Positions 50,203-60,899 are shown, numbered from the stretch's first letter. The stretch: 64,000 bases of DNA from Desulfosporosinus sp. (GCA_031292095.1 JARLHU010000196.1:674-64673); one strand, 5' to 3'. Numbers and translations: made by a program. Notes: generated by a model not told the origin, from the letters alone.

Positions 50203-50299
50203 GACAGTTCTGTTTTCCTTCCTGGTCTCCGTACAAACTCACTCCTTAAAGCCAAGGTAACATTTAATCATTTCTATTTCCAATCTGAAAATCGTTAAA

Positions 50300-50647
50300 T
50301 TAATCGTCTCTTTCCCAAGACTGCCATACGTTCGGTTCATAACCGACAGTTGCATGTTTGCCGTTGCGAACGATCGGCGTCTTATAAAGACTTGGGTTAT
50401 TTAAAAGCATTTCTTCTCTACCTTCAGTAGAAATAATATGGTCCATATTCAACCTTTTATAATCCTTAGCTTCACTATTAATCATATTTTTTAAACCTAC
50501 AGCCTTCTTCACACTTTGTAATTCTCCCTTGCTCAATCCTAGTATATTTAAATCTATCAACTGATATTTGATTTTTCTTTCTTTAAAATAACGTTCAGCC
50601 TTTTTAGTACCGAAACATTTCCTAATCCCGAAAATTTGAATATTCAT
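50300..50647 (-). CDS. ArsC/Spx-like family protein
   Basis: MNIQIFG..KC..TKKAERYFKER, KTPIVRNG. Confidence 0.85.
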   Translation of the reverse strand: MNIQIFGIRKCFGTKKAERYFKERKIKYQLIDLNILGLSKGELQSVKKAVGLKNMINSEAKDYKRLNMDHIISTEGREEMLLNNPSLYKTPIVRNGKHATVGYEPNVWQSWERDD

Positions 50648-50822
50648 AAGCCCGTATTTCTCCTTAAAGAAACTATCTAATTAGATTATAGCAGTATCCT
50701 AGAGGTTTAAACAACTCAAAAGCCCGCAAAGGCTGCGGGCTTAATTCATAAGAGGAACCAAGGGAGTGTAATGAAGAGTCATCCCCGATATTACGAGTAA
50801 CATATAGGACAAAGACCCGTTG

Positions 50823-52208
50823 TTAGAAAATAAATTCCCTGGGATCTAAGTTAACCTCGCGACAAATCTCCTCCACAATTTTCTTTTCAACTGGGGCAAA
50901 TTCCCCGTCCGCAAAACCGATAGCACAACACAAACGAACCACCAAGCGGGCAGCCTCCGGTTTGCTCGCTAGTTTGCCAATAGCCCGCAAGGCTTCCGCC
51001 TTACCAAGCATTTGATCACTCCGAATCCGCTGAACAAAATAATTAAATCGAGAATCCACTTCATTAATATTTATCCCGCGCATTTCCTGACTGGTGCGGA
51101 AATAATCAATGAGCTTCTCTCTTTCTGAAGGTTCGATGATCCCGTCTGCCATAGCCACCAAAGCGCTGCCAGCAACCAGACCTTCCGTAAGATCTTTCCC
51201 CATATATTTATTCACAACATTACGGGCGCTTTCAGTTTGCTGCTGTAACCACTGAGCAGTATTTCGGTTACTAGCCGCATTCCAGCGCTCTCTGCAACTC
51301 AAGCAGGCAAACTCCATGTTTCTGCTTCCTATGAAACCAGCCAATATCCCTACCGGGCCCAGCAAAACACCGCCCACTAAGGCCTTGCCAAATCCAAACC
51401 CTTTTTTACCTGCTGTCACTTGAGTTGAATGACAACGCGGACAAGACATCCCTCCTTGATCAGCTGGATAAGCAACGCCAGGAGCGCTACCTTGCCCATA
51501 AGTTTGAAGATTATTTTGCGCATAAGGTACCGCAGTGCTTCTAGACCCTGGGTTTCCGTAACTGTTATTTTCAGCATTTCCGTAACCGAGATTACCCGAG
51601 CTGATTGCGCCGGCAGCGGGTTGCTCTTCTTCTACTTCCAGACCAAAATTTTTACAGAGGGCGGCCAGACCGCCTTGGAACCCACTTGCTATCGCGTTGA
51701 ATTTCCACTCCCCTGCGTTACGGTAGATTTCTGCGGCTACAATAGCTGTTTCGATAGTAAATTCCTCACCCAGTTCATACTTAAGAAGCAGTTCGTTCGT
51801 TATTCCATCAATAATCCGCACGTAAGAGTTTTTGATATCTCCAAAACTTTGCCTTTTCTTCTGTGCATCATTAATTGTAATAGTGAAAGCAATTTTTTCG
51901 ATATAATCTGGTACTGCCGACAGATTAATGTGAATCTGTTCGTCATCACCCTCGCCAGACCCCTTTTTGTTGTCTCCACTATGCTTTACTGAACCTTGTC
52001 CACCGGAAGGATTATTATAGAAGACAAAATCATTTTCATCTTTCACTTTACCGTTTGATCCTATCAAAAAGGCCGAAGCATCTAAGTCGAAATTATAACT
52101 ACTTATTGCAAGGTTAGAGGCCCAGCCCAACCCGACGATAATCTCCTTCAAGTTTGGATTGGTTTTTGTAAGGTCAACTTTCTGCCCTTTACTAAGTCTG
52201 ACTGCCAC
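50823..52208 (-). CDS. TerD / zinc-ribbon / TerB fusion protein
   Basis: LSKGQKVDL, FDLDAS, GDDEQI (TerD); CPRC...CLSC; ADG..E.SE and ADGEF (TerB). Confidence 0.85.
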   Translation of the reverse strand: MAVRLSKGQKVDLTKTNPNLKEIIVGLGWASNLAISSYNFDLDASAFLIGSNGKVKDENDFVFYNNPSGGQGSVKHSGDNKKGSGEGDDEQIHINLSAVPDYIEKIAFTITINDAQKKRQSFGDIKNSYVRIIDGITNELLLKYELGEEFTIETAIVAAEIYRNAGEWKFNAIASGFQGGLAALCKNFGLEVEEEQPAAGAISSGNLGYGNAENNSYGNPGSRSTAVPYAQNNLQTYGQGSAPGVAYPADQGGMSCPRCHSTQVTAGKKGFGFGKALVGGVLLGPVGILAGFIGSRNMEFACLSCRERWNAASNRNTAQWLQQQTESARNVVNKYMGKDLTEGLVAGSALVAMADGIIEPSEREKLIDYFRTSQEMRGININEVDSRFNYFVQRIRSDQMLGKAEALRAIGKLASKPEAARLVVRLCCAIGFADGEFAPVEKKIVEEICREVNLDPREFIF

Positions 52209-52358
52209 TTTCTCTCCACCTTTCAAATTTTCATTAATTTACCTAACAGCATTATTCAACTTCTCTTCAACAAAACATCAAGAATGCCCCATGGAGATCC
52301 ATGGAGCACCCAATTATAACCATAGTTTTTGCTAGTTTACCTGTTTTTTGAACCTGAT

Positions 52359-52922
52359 TTAAGCATTTGGGCCAGACAAGTAACTATCGATAAAGTCTTG
52401 AGGGAGTTTCTTAATTAACAACACGGGAATTACAGACCGGTTAAGGACAGTATGCGCTAAACTACCAAAAATCAACCCTTTTAAACTTGATAAGCCCCGT
52501 GTGCCCATAACTATCAAGTTAAATGAATTTTTTGTCGCATAGTCGAGGATCACGTCGACCGTGTCGGATATTTCGGTAAGACTGGTATCAGAATATAAGG
52601 TTTGTTGATTGACTCTGGGTCCGTTCTTTAAAAATATTCCGTTAGTTTTGGTAAGTATTTTCTGATACTCACTTGTGGTTTCCGTATCAGATTCATCAAG
52701 AACGTGTTTCATCCATTCTGACGTAGGGCTAACTGGCCATGTATCAATCCAACTATATTTTCTCCTCATCGCCACTTCATCATTATTTCGTTCAGTTACC
52801 TGAACGACGGTTAGGTGCATAGTGGGCATATTCGTCAATAGCGTGGCTGTATAAACAGCAGCAGAAAAAGCCTGATGTGATCCATCGGAATAGAGGAGTA
52901 CTTTAAACTTAAAATCAGTCAT
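52359..52922 (-). CDS. Atypical long universal stress protein (paralogue 1)
   Basis: VLLYSDGS, MGTRGLSSLKGLIFGS. Confidence 0.85.
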   Translation of the reverse strand: MTDFKFKVLLYSDGSHQAFSAAVYTATLLTNMPTMHLTVVQVTERNNDEVAMRRKYSWIDTWPVSPTSEWMKHVLDESDTETTSEYQKILTKTNGIFLKNGPRVNQQTLYSDTSLTEISDTVDVILDYATKNSFNLIVMGTRGLSSLKGLIFGSLAHTVLNRSVIPVLLIKKLPQDFIDSYLSGPNA

Positions 52923-53058
52923 GTTAATACCTCCTACAACATTAACGTGATTATACCATAAAAGTTTATAGTAACGATACGCACTCAGAAAATGTTCAGG
53001 ACTAATTTAACGATCTAGGGCTCGTGATCCATCGGATCTACAAGTTAAAACCTACTAA

Positions 53059-53440
53059 GGCATATGAAAGAAAATAACAAGTCAAAGATGCCAAGGATAT
53101 TTTGTGTCAGATAAAGAAAACTGGGTTAGCGCCCGAAGACACTGTCTTTGCACGAATTAGCCTTCTTGCAGCCCTTAGGCGCCGGCGATCGCCCTAGTTG
53201 CACTTATTTATGCGCTGGCCATGACTCGGACAGGACGTCCGAGATTAGAGCGCCGCCAAGGATGGCAAGGCGCCGTGATGGCGAGAAGGGACCTTCCAGA
53301 AAGTATATAACGTTAGTTATACTTTCTGACTAGTACAAGGAGGTATGTTCACCTCCTTGTGGGGCTATTAGGTAAACATACCGATGCAGTATGACGCGAA
53401 ATAGACTGGCATACTGACTGGTTATTTTCTTGAATGTGCC
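53059..53440. mobile_element. GGCA-ended MITE carrying nested elements
   Basis: Ends GGCATATGAAAGAAAATAAC and GTTATTTTCTTGAATGTGCC match the 46278-46334 element in reverse. Confidence 0.8.
53105..53331. mobile_element. Inner structured MITE (GTCAGA...TCTGAC ends)
   Basis: Terminal inverted repeats; shares CCTAGTTGC and AGAAAGTATATAA...TTATACTTTCTGA with 62181-62398. Confidence 0.75.
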
Positions 53441-53513
53441 TTAAGCCCGGGAGAGATTTTTTCTCTCTCCTGGGCTAACTTACTACGAAGTCAAAATGTA
53501 TATAACACTATGA

Positions 53514-54107
53514 TCACTCAGTAATTTTAGGTAAGTAGCAATGCCCATCAGCATCTACGGATGAGCAGTATCGATCTATAAACTCTTGAGGGAGTTTCTT
53601 AATTAACAACACTGGTATAGTAGATTTGCTCAGCACGCTATGCGCTAGACTCCCGTGTATCAAACCTTTTAAACTAGTTAGGCCTCTCGTACCCATAATG
53701 ATTAAACCAAATGAATTTTTCGTTGCATAGCCAAGCATAGCCTTAACGGTATCAGGAATATTTGGATTAGAATAGATCACTTTCTGATTGACTTTGTGAC
53801 CTCTGTCTGCAAATATTTCGCTAGTTTTGGCAATTATCTCAGAGTACTGCCTTCTTTTGTCTGAATCAGCATCACCCATCAAGTGTTTCACCCAGTCCGA
53901 ATTAGGGTCATCCAACCAAGGATCCATCAAATTTTCATCTCCCACCATCGAACCAGCAACGCCCTCTTGTATATGCAAAACCGTTAAATTCATATTGGGT
54001 ATACTATAAAATAGGTTAGCTGCATAAACGGCAGCAGAAAAGGAATGTTGTGTGCCATCAGAGTAAAGAAGCACATTTAACATATTGGAATCCGTCATGT
54101 CAAACAC
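53514..54107 (-). CDS. Atypical long universal stress protein (paralogue 2)
   Basis: VLLYSDGT, MGTRGLTSLKGLIHGS. Confidence 0.85.
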   Translation of the reverse strand: MFDMTDSNMLNVLLYSDGTQHSFSAAVYAANLFYSIPNMNLTVLHIQEGVAGSMVGDENLMDPWLDDPNSDWVKHLMGDADSDKRRQYSEIIAKTSEIFADRGHKVNQKVIYSNPNIPDTVKAMLGYATKNSFGLIIMGTRGLTSLKGLIHGSLAHSVLSKSTIPVLLIKKLPQEFIDRYCSSVDADGHCYLPKITE

Positions 54108-54349
54108 CCACCCTTTTACTAAATATACTAATTATACCATGATCGTAGCTACAATTAATAGAATTTTTCTTCCAGAAACAGATTTTCAGACCTTATACTT
54201 CAATGTTATCATTGAGTAAACCTTTTGTATATAGCATATCACTATACTAAGAATAATTTTATTATATTATAACTAAAATCTATTTATAATCTTAAAGCCC
54301 CAGAGATTTATTGTTCTCTAGGGCTAACTTTCTCTATCGAGTGTAAGCA

Positions 54350-54970
54350 TTATTCAATCCATATCTTTAAATTATCCTTGTTTTCGATGATCTTTTCAGC
54401 TATTTTTGTTCCAACATATTGAAAGTAATTTTCGCCAAAATAATTGTGATCTTCTATGAACTTACCACTGGAAATCACTCGGCGTAGTAAAGGAATCCGA
54501 TTGGTCTTGTTTATATCAAAGTTCTCAATCGATCTTCCAAATTCATCTCCTAAATTAGAAGTACCCCAAAACTTAGGTCCTTTGTCGGGTTTAACCTCGT
54601 ATACACGTCTTAAGAATTCAAATGGAAAGGCGCCAAACGAAATAATAATCTTGGGTTGATTTTCAAGAGCAATTTCCCTGAACGTTTCGATCTCCTGAGC
54701 CACTTCTGCGCCCCACCAATTCAAGGTATTAGGAACGATACTACTATCGCAAACAGCATTCCTGATATACAAATTAGACGTTTCGATTCTTGTATGGATT
54801 CCTCTATACACTTTGTCCTGTATCTCCGCTAAAACAGGTGTCCAAATGTTGTGGCGAACAGCAGGATGTTTCGGATTAACTACTAACCAAATTGGATAAG
54901 ATCTTTCTCCCGACTCTCTTTTAATCGTTTTATCTAAAGATATATATTCATTAAGTGTTGAATTCGACAT
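54350..54970 (-). CDS. Hypothetical protein, UDG-fold-like (paralogue 1)
   Basis: YIRNAV and QPKIIISFG resemble UDG superfamily motifs; close paralogue at 60900-61520. Confidence 0.6.
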   Translation of the reverse strand: MSNSTLNEYISLDKTIKRESGERSYPIWLVVNPKHPAVRHNIWTPVLAEIQDKVYRGIHTRIETSNLYIRNAVCDSSIVPNTLNWWGAEVAQEIETFREIALENQPKIIISFGAFPFEFLRRVYEVKPDKGPKFWGTSNLGDEFGRSIENFDINKTNRIPLLRRVISSGKFIEDHNYFGENYFQYVGTKIAEKIIENKDNLKIWIE

Positions 54971-54997
54971 ACAAATCCCACCTTTCAGAATTAATGG

Positions 54998-56806
54998 TTA
55001 GCGCGAACCGGTTTTCAATTTTGCGCCATTAGTACTTCCAGTAAAATTTGAAACAGACTCTAAGAGAGTAGAGGACATCGATTTCGTGTTGTTATCTATT
55101 TCACAATTAAGAACTGCTCTTGCTCTCTCTAAAGCATTAGTGGAGGAGGCAAAAACTTCATTCTCCGCCATAAAGATATTATCCATGTCAAGATCCGAAA
55201 CAAGATTTGAATTTTTAAGCATTGTGCTAAGCTCCGACGTTACACCACTGACGATCAGGATTCCGCCGGATTCTTTTACAGTCCTAATAAATATTTTCAA
55301 AGCATTAAGTGAAGTTAAATCAATAGTACTAACATATTTCATTCTTAAGATAAAGACTTTGGCTTTATCCACCAGTCTATCAAGTCTTTCTTCAAGGTCG
55401 TATGCGGAACCAAAGTAAAGATTTCCTTCTAACTGAATAATCAATACATCGACTTTTCCCTTAATTGATTCAACTTCCTGTTCAATAATTTGAGACCCTT
55501 TTCCCTGTGAGGGGACAAGAAGTTTGACAGGAACTTGATTAGTATCTTTCAGGTATAAGACAATGGATAGTGCGATTCCCAAATAAATTGCGTAATCAAG
55601 GTCAGGTGATAAAATTGTTGCCAGAAACGTTACGCACATTGCTATAGAATCTGATTTAAACTTGCCAACTTTTAATACCTTCTTGATTTCCTTTTTGTCC
55701 ATTAAGCTATATCCTGTGAGTATTAACACTCCGGCTAGGCATGGACTAGGTATAAACTTGGCAAAGGGGGCGAAGAATACAAGAACCAAGGCAACTACCA
55801 CACCTGACATAATTCCAGCGAATCTAGTAACTGCTCCATTGTGATAATTTATTGCAGAACGAGTAAAGGAGCCAGACCCAGGAAAACACTGGAAGAATGA
55901 TGACACTGCATTTGCTAAACCTTGGGCAATAAATTCCTGATTAGCATCGATTTTTTGTCGTGAGGTACTGGCAATTGTCTTCGAAATTGAGATAGCTTCT
56001 ACTAATCCTATGATTGATATTGCAATCGCGCCGCTGAAAATATCCTTTATAGAACCAAGATTGAATTGTACCATCTTAAAGGGAGGTAAGGAGGACGGAA
56101 TATTACCAGTGAGTTTTACACCCTTCTGTTCTAATGCAAAAATAATTATGAAGATAATCGGAATGATAATTCCAATCAAGGCTCCAGGCAGATTTTTGTT
56201 GATTCTTTTGCAAATCAAAATGATAGCAATCGTCATCAGTCCAAGTCCAAGTGCATACAAATTAGTTTGGCTTAAATGGGTTATGACGTAATAAAATTTC
56301 AGCGTAGTTGGCATTTGCGCTGAATTTTTAATAGAAATGCTTAGTAGTGTATTTAATTGTCCTAGGGCGATTAACACACCAGCTCCAGCACTAAAACCTA
56401 CAATAACAGTATGGGACACATAATTGATCGCTTTACCCATTTTCATGACCCCAAAGAGAATTTGCAGGGCGCCCACGAGAAAGGTCATCAAAAAGAGCAG
56501 TTGATACGCATTATCGAGACCCATATAATTTCTCATGCTACCTGCAACGAGTAGAGCAATTGCATTAGTCGGTCCAGCTACTAAGTGTTTTGAACTTCCA
56601 AATACTGATGCAATGATGGTAGATACTATGGCAGTATATAAACCATAAACCGGGTTAACACCCGCGATCAGTGCATAAGCCATAGACTGAGGAATAGCCA
56701 CTACTGCCACAGTCAATGCGGCAATCAAGTCTTTACTGAAATATTCCTTTTTGTAAGTTTTGATAGTTCCAATTAACGGTATATATTTCAATTGTGTCAT
56801 ATTCAA
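54998..56806 (-). CDS. SulP/SLC26 anion transporter with STAS domain
   Basis: IPQSMAYA..AG..PVYGLY, GSFTRSA, GNLYFGS. Confidence 0.93.
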   Translation of the reverse strand: MNMTQLKYIPLIGTIKTYKKEYFSKDLIAALTVAVVAIPQSMAYALIAGVNPVYGLYTAIVSTIIASVFGSSKHLVAGPTNAIALLVAGSMRNYMGLDNAYQLLFLMTFLVGALQILFGVMKMGKAINYVSHTVIVGFSAGAGVLIALGQLNTLLSISIKNSAQMPTTLKFYYVITHLSQTNLYALGLGLMTIAIILICKRINKNLPGALIGIIIPIIFIIIFALEQKGVKLTGNIPSSLPPFKMVQFNLGSIKDIFSGAIAISIIGLVEAISISKTIASTSRQKIDANQEFIAQGLANAVSSFFQCFPGSGSFTRSAINYHNGAVTRFAGIMSGVVVALVLVFFAPFAKFIPSPCLAGVLILTGYSLMDKKEIKKVLKVGKFKSDSIAMCVTFLATILSPDLDYAIYLGIALSIVLYLKDTNQVPVKLLVPSQGKGSQIIEQEVESIKGKVDVLIIQLEGNLYFGSAYDLEERLDRLVDKAKVFILRMKYVSTIDLTSLNALKIFIRTVKESGGILIVSGVTSELSTMLKNSNLVSDLDMDNIFMAENEVFASSTNALERARAVLNCEIDNNTKSMSSTLLESVSNFTGSTNGAKLKTGSR

Positions 56807-56887
56807 ACAAATCCCACCTTTCATTCGAATCAAAAAACAGGAGATTAACCTTCATGATTACAACAGATTAGCATGAATTGGAATATA

Positions 56888-56987
56888 GTAGCGATGATAT
56901 ACTTTCTTAGCGGCCTTTAATGGCAGCTTTTTGGGGGATATTGTAGTGATGATATACCTTCTTAGCGGTCTTTAATGACAGCTTTTT
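56888..56987. repeat. Two 45-bp direct repeats, 55-bp period
   Basis: 56888-56932 vs 56943-56987, 41/45 identical. Confidence 0.85.
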
Positions 56988-57514
56988 TTATTAAAAAAAT
57001 TAAAAATTGGAAACTCAGTAGCCTTAAAAATTTTCGCATGTTGTCCACTGGTTCCTTTATTTTGTTTTTGTTGCGTGTAATCAACAAAAACTATTCCGAA
57101 AACAGCGAACATTACTATGATTGCGATAATACCCATTAAGATACTCTCTCACTTCCTTTCTTCTCGGATACATTGATGATCACAACTAAAGATTAGCATT
57201 ATGTTAATAATGTGTCTATAGATGATCAGTATACTCACACTCTGTTTTACTTATTGTGAATTAGGTAAATATTAATCTTAAATGTTTTTAACCACTTTAC
57301 ATACCACACAACTATCCTGCTGTTTGTATTTAGACGTTCAATTCGAGCATACAAAAGCCCCGCAGAGATGTTTTCTCTGCGGGGCAGATTAATTTCTACC
57401 ATTTTTCTAAGTAGACTAGCCTTTATCTTGGTCTCGAACTACGACTCGTTTACTATTCATTCGACCCTTCATTGATCCATAATAAAAATTTCCCACTGAT
57501 ATAAACGTGGTTTA

Positions 57515-58525
57515 TTACATATCACTCGCCTTGCTCAAAAGCCATGTTACTAGATCAACAAAATTTTTTTATCTTCAGGGACCCCCTCTAGTTGGTTAAT
57601 CCTATTGACCATGTGCTGGATCTGAAACGGACAATCTATAAGCACTGAAGCGACTTCTTCAATTAGATGGCTATTCATCGCATCTGAATAAATTTTCGCT
57701 TCTATTATTAACCCCTTGTCAAGCGTCAGACCTAGTTCAACCCCCCCCCCAGGGAAACCGTGTTTCGAAGATGATATCAAAGGTTGGTGTTTTTCCGTAG
57801 AGCCATTCCCATGAAGAGTATTTTTGATAGAGTTGCTGCAAATCATAGGTCGAGTCGCTCACAATGATCGGAGGTTCTGTACATTCTCCGTAAAGTTCCA
57901 GAAAGCTCTCTATTAGAGCTTCCTTCATCTTTGCGATAGTTATGTCCGGTTGAAACAGACTGAGATTTCCCACCCTAGCTTGGACAGAATCGACGCCTTT
58001 CGAAGCGATCTTTTCCTTCGAAACTTGGAGATAGTCCGAAAGTTTAGGAATATCAACATTGATCAGGATAGTTCCATGATGATAGGCTTTTTGCTGCTCG
58101 AAATAGAACGCATTACCTGAAAATTTTCGCCCTTCGACTGTTAAGTCATTGCGTCCAGAAAATTCAGCCTTGATATTGAGCTTTCGGACTCCTTCTAAAA
58201 CAACACTGAGTTGTTTTTCCAAATCGTACTGGGCTCGATCCATTATAAAAGTGAAATTCAGGTTCCCTAAGTCGTGGAAAACAGCTCCCCCACCCGATAA
58301 TCGGCGCGCGAGTTTTCCTCCATCCTGGTCTAGTTGACCACAGCGGCATTCTTTCCACGCGTTTTGATTTCTTCCGATGACAACCGTATTCTGATTTTGC
58401 CATAGATAAAGAATTACCTGATTATTTTCGACATGTCTGAAAAGATACTCTTCCAGCGCCAAGTTATGCCAAGGATCAAGCAAGGTTGAAAAAATTAGTT
58501 TTGTCTTAATAGCACTGTGTGTCAT
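57515..58525 (-). pseudogene. lplA: Lipoate-protein ligase A, frameshifted
   Basis: NLALEE, RRLSGGGAVFHD, KFSGNA, HHGT; frame breaks at C10 tract 57741-57750, probably again near 57560-57570. Confidence 0.88.
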
Positions 58526-58537
58526 TTTAACATAACC

Positions 58538-59086
58538 CTAGCAATCCGTTTTGGAACAGTAACTATCGATAAAATCTTGTGGAAGTTTCTTAACTAACAA
58601 TACCGGTATTGGAGATCTGTTGAGCACGTTATGCGCTAAACAACCGAAAACCAATCCTTTTAAAGTGGTAAGCCCGCGCGTACCCATAACTATTAATCTA
58701 AATGATTTTTTAGTTGCATAGTTAATAAGTGCTTCAACTGTATCGGAAATACTCGGATTACTATATATCACATGGTGACTGACATCTAGACCTCTCCCTT
58801 TAAAAATTTCATTAGTTTTGGTAAGTATTTGTTGATAGTGGTTTGTCGTGTCCGAATCAGATTCGTCGGTCACTCGTTTCATCCATTCTGAAGTAGGACT
58901 AACCGGCCAAGTGTCTATCCAGTTATATTCTGTCCCCATTGAACCTTCGTCTCGTTCTTGGACCTGCACTACAGTTAAACGCATATTAGGCATATTCTTT
59001 AAGAGGGTGGCAGTGTAAACAGCAGCAGAAAAAGCCTGGTGTGACCCATCAGAGTAGAGAAGTACATTAAATTCAGAATTACTCAT
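58538..59086 (-). CDS. Atypical long universal stress protein (paralogue 3)
   Basis: VLLYSDGS, MGTRGLTTLKGLVFGC. Confidence 0.85.
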   Translation of the reverse strand: MSNSEFNVLLYSDGSHQAFSAAVYTATLLKNMPNMRLTVVQVQERDEGSMGTEYNWIDTWPVSPTSEWMKRVTDESDSDTTNHYQQILTKTNEIFKGRGLDVSHHVIYSNPSISDTVEALINYATKKSFRLIVMGTRGLTTLKGLVFGCLAHNVLNRSPIPVLLVKKLPQDFIDSYCSKTDC

Positions 59087-59304
59087 GTCTAAACCTCTTT
59101 CTTTGCAATTAGCATTACTTATGAAGATAATTATAACATATTTATGTGAAAACGTATCGGTCTAGACTTTAATGCGCTGTCATTATCAATAAAGAAGCAA
59201 GGCGATAAGGATGCTCGAGAAACACTCTTGAGACATCCTTATTACCTTGCTTTTCGTAATTGTACTATCCTAAACTATGAATACCAGATTTAAATTTGTT
59301 TTTC

Positions 59305-59799
59305 TCAACCTCCAGCGGAGATATTGAAGATCCCTGAAGCAGCTGAAACAATAACGATGATTTCCAGAGCAACCATTATAACATATGGTAAATCTTTTTT
59401 ATGCAAGTAATCTTTCATGAGAGATAGATAACCAATAACTGAGACGCTTCCCAAAAAAGCTAAACCAATTAAATTCAAATAATCAGCATGATTAATCATT
59501 GTCACCCAGTTCCAACCACTCGGAGCATGTGTGGCCAGTGCATACTTATGCACACTTAATCCCCAATACAGCGGTATCTCGGAGGGTGGGACAGTCGGAT
59601 TAAAAAGACCCGCCATATAAAGAACGAAGGTAACTAGCATGAGAATAATTCCACCCCATGAACAAACTAACAAAATGCTCGCATATCGATCCTGTTCAGG
59701 ACTTACTTGACTACTAATTTGAACATTATTTTGTTCACTTACAACACTTTTTGCCTGAGTACCATGGGTACTACTTTGAACAGACGATTGATTAATCAT
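59305..59799 (-). CDS. DUF1634-like membrane protein
   Basis: PEQDRYA, YWG, P.GW.W, DYLNLIG; ATG overlaps the upstream stop (ATGA). Confidence 0.7.
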   Translation of the reverse strand: MINQSSVQSSTHGTQAKSVVSEQNNVQISSQVSPEQDRYASILLVCSWGGIILMLVTFVLYMAGLFNPTVPPSEIPLYWGLSVHKYALATHAPSGWNWVTMINHADYLNLIGLAFLGSVSVIGYLSLMKDYLHKKDLPYVIMVALEIIVIVSAASGIFNISAGG

Positions 59800-60725
59800 A
59801 ATTTTACCCCCAATCCATCTAATAGAGATTTCACTCCAGCTAACAATAACATTAGGATAACGATATAACGGATAGATTTCGGCTTTGCTGTTCTTAATAA
59901 CCTGACTCCGATTCGCGAGCCCACCATAATTCCTAAAACGGACGGAACCGTTACGATAGGTAATACTGCACCTTGATTCAAATAAATCCATGCCGCTGAG
60001 GTATCTGTAATGGCTAATAATGACATACTAGTACCTACCGCAATTTTAAGCGGTGCACCCATGAGCAGATTGAGCACTGGCACATTAGCCCAACCGGCGC
60101 CGATCCCGAACATCCCAGCTATCACTCCGATGCCGCTAAAAAGTACTAGTGCTTGTGGCAGTCTCCATACAGACCAATTGACATCCTTACCCGTAGAAGA
60201 TTCGAAATAAGCTCCACCGATATTTAAAAACCGGGCTAAGGCATCAGGACGATCAATTTTAGGAATTTCGCTATTCTTGGAAAAAATGAAAAGGATTGCA
60301 ATTGATGTAATTAAGGCGCCTAATAATATTTTGAGGATATTTTGCGGTAAAGAAAGTCCTATTAACGCGCCTCCTATACTTGAGGCTGAGGCAAGTAAGG
60401 CCAAGGGGATTACCAAGCGTAGGCTAGCATAATTTGATTTTAGTAGTTTAGGTGCTGCGGACAAAGAACAGGCGAGAGCAACAAACAAACCGGACCCACG
60501 AATGAAATCCATGTGAAACGGGAAAAAACTGCTGACAATTGGTACATACAGTACACTACCACCCACCCCGGCTAACGCTGCAACTATGCCAATCAGAAAG
60601 GTAGTAAAGAGTAAAGCAAGGGGCCATACCCACCATGGTATTCCAGGTGTACCAGCTGCTTGTGCCACAGCAACATTGGTTGCAGCAAATATTGAACTGG
60701 CATGAGTAATGAAATTCTCAAACAT
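59796..60725 (-). CDS. TauE/SafE family sulfite exporter
   Basis: Two repeats AGVGG..YVP and FGIGAGWANVP. Confidence 0.88.
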   Translation of the reverse strand: MFENFITHASSIFAATNVAVAQAAGTPGIPWWVWPLALLFTTFLIGIVAALAGVGGSVLYVPIVSSFFPFHMDFIRGSGLFVALACSLSAAPKLLKSNYASLRLVIPLALLASASSIGGALIGLSLPQNILKILLGALITSIAILFIFSKNSEIPKIDRPDALARFLNIGGAYFESSTGKDVNWSVWRLPQALVLFSGIGVIAGMFGIGAGWANVPVLNLLMGAPLKIAVGTSMSLLAITDTSAAWIYLNQGAVLPIVTVPSVLGIMVGSRIGVRLLRTAKPKSIRYIVILMLLLAGVKSLLDGLGVKL

Positions 60726-60899
60726 AATTCTTCGACCTCCTATGTTAATCTAATTTTAAGGTGGATTTAAGGCTTTCAGGAAAATTCAGTGCCACAGTGA
60801 TAATATTGACATGGAATCCTTTTACCCATCTACATCACTCCTTTACTTTTTTCTTAAGCCATTTCATCTAGAAACATCATCTGATGAGTTAGACATTGT

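Noticed and set aside
53148-53333. 61-aa plus-strand ORF
   Set aside because: Lies inside the nested MITE; no RBS or recognisable protein features
56888-56987. Mini-CRISPR, fluoride riboswitch or ANTAR element
   Set aside because: Only two repeats with a 10-bp gap; consensus nucleotides of those motifs are not matched
59800-59991. N-terminal extension of the 228-aa ORF
   Set aside because: Overlaps tauE; the ATG at 59799 coupled to the tauE stop is more plausible
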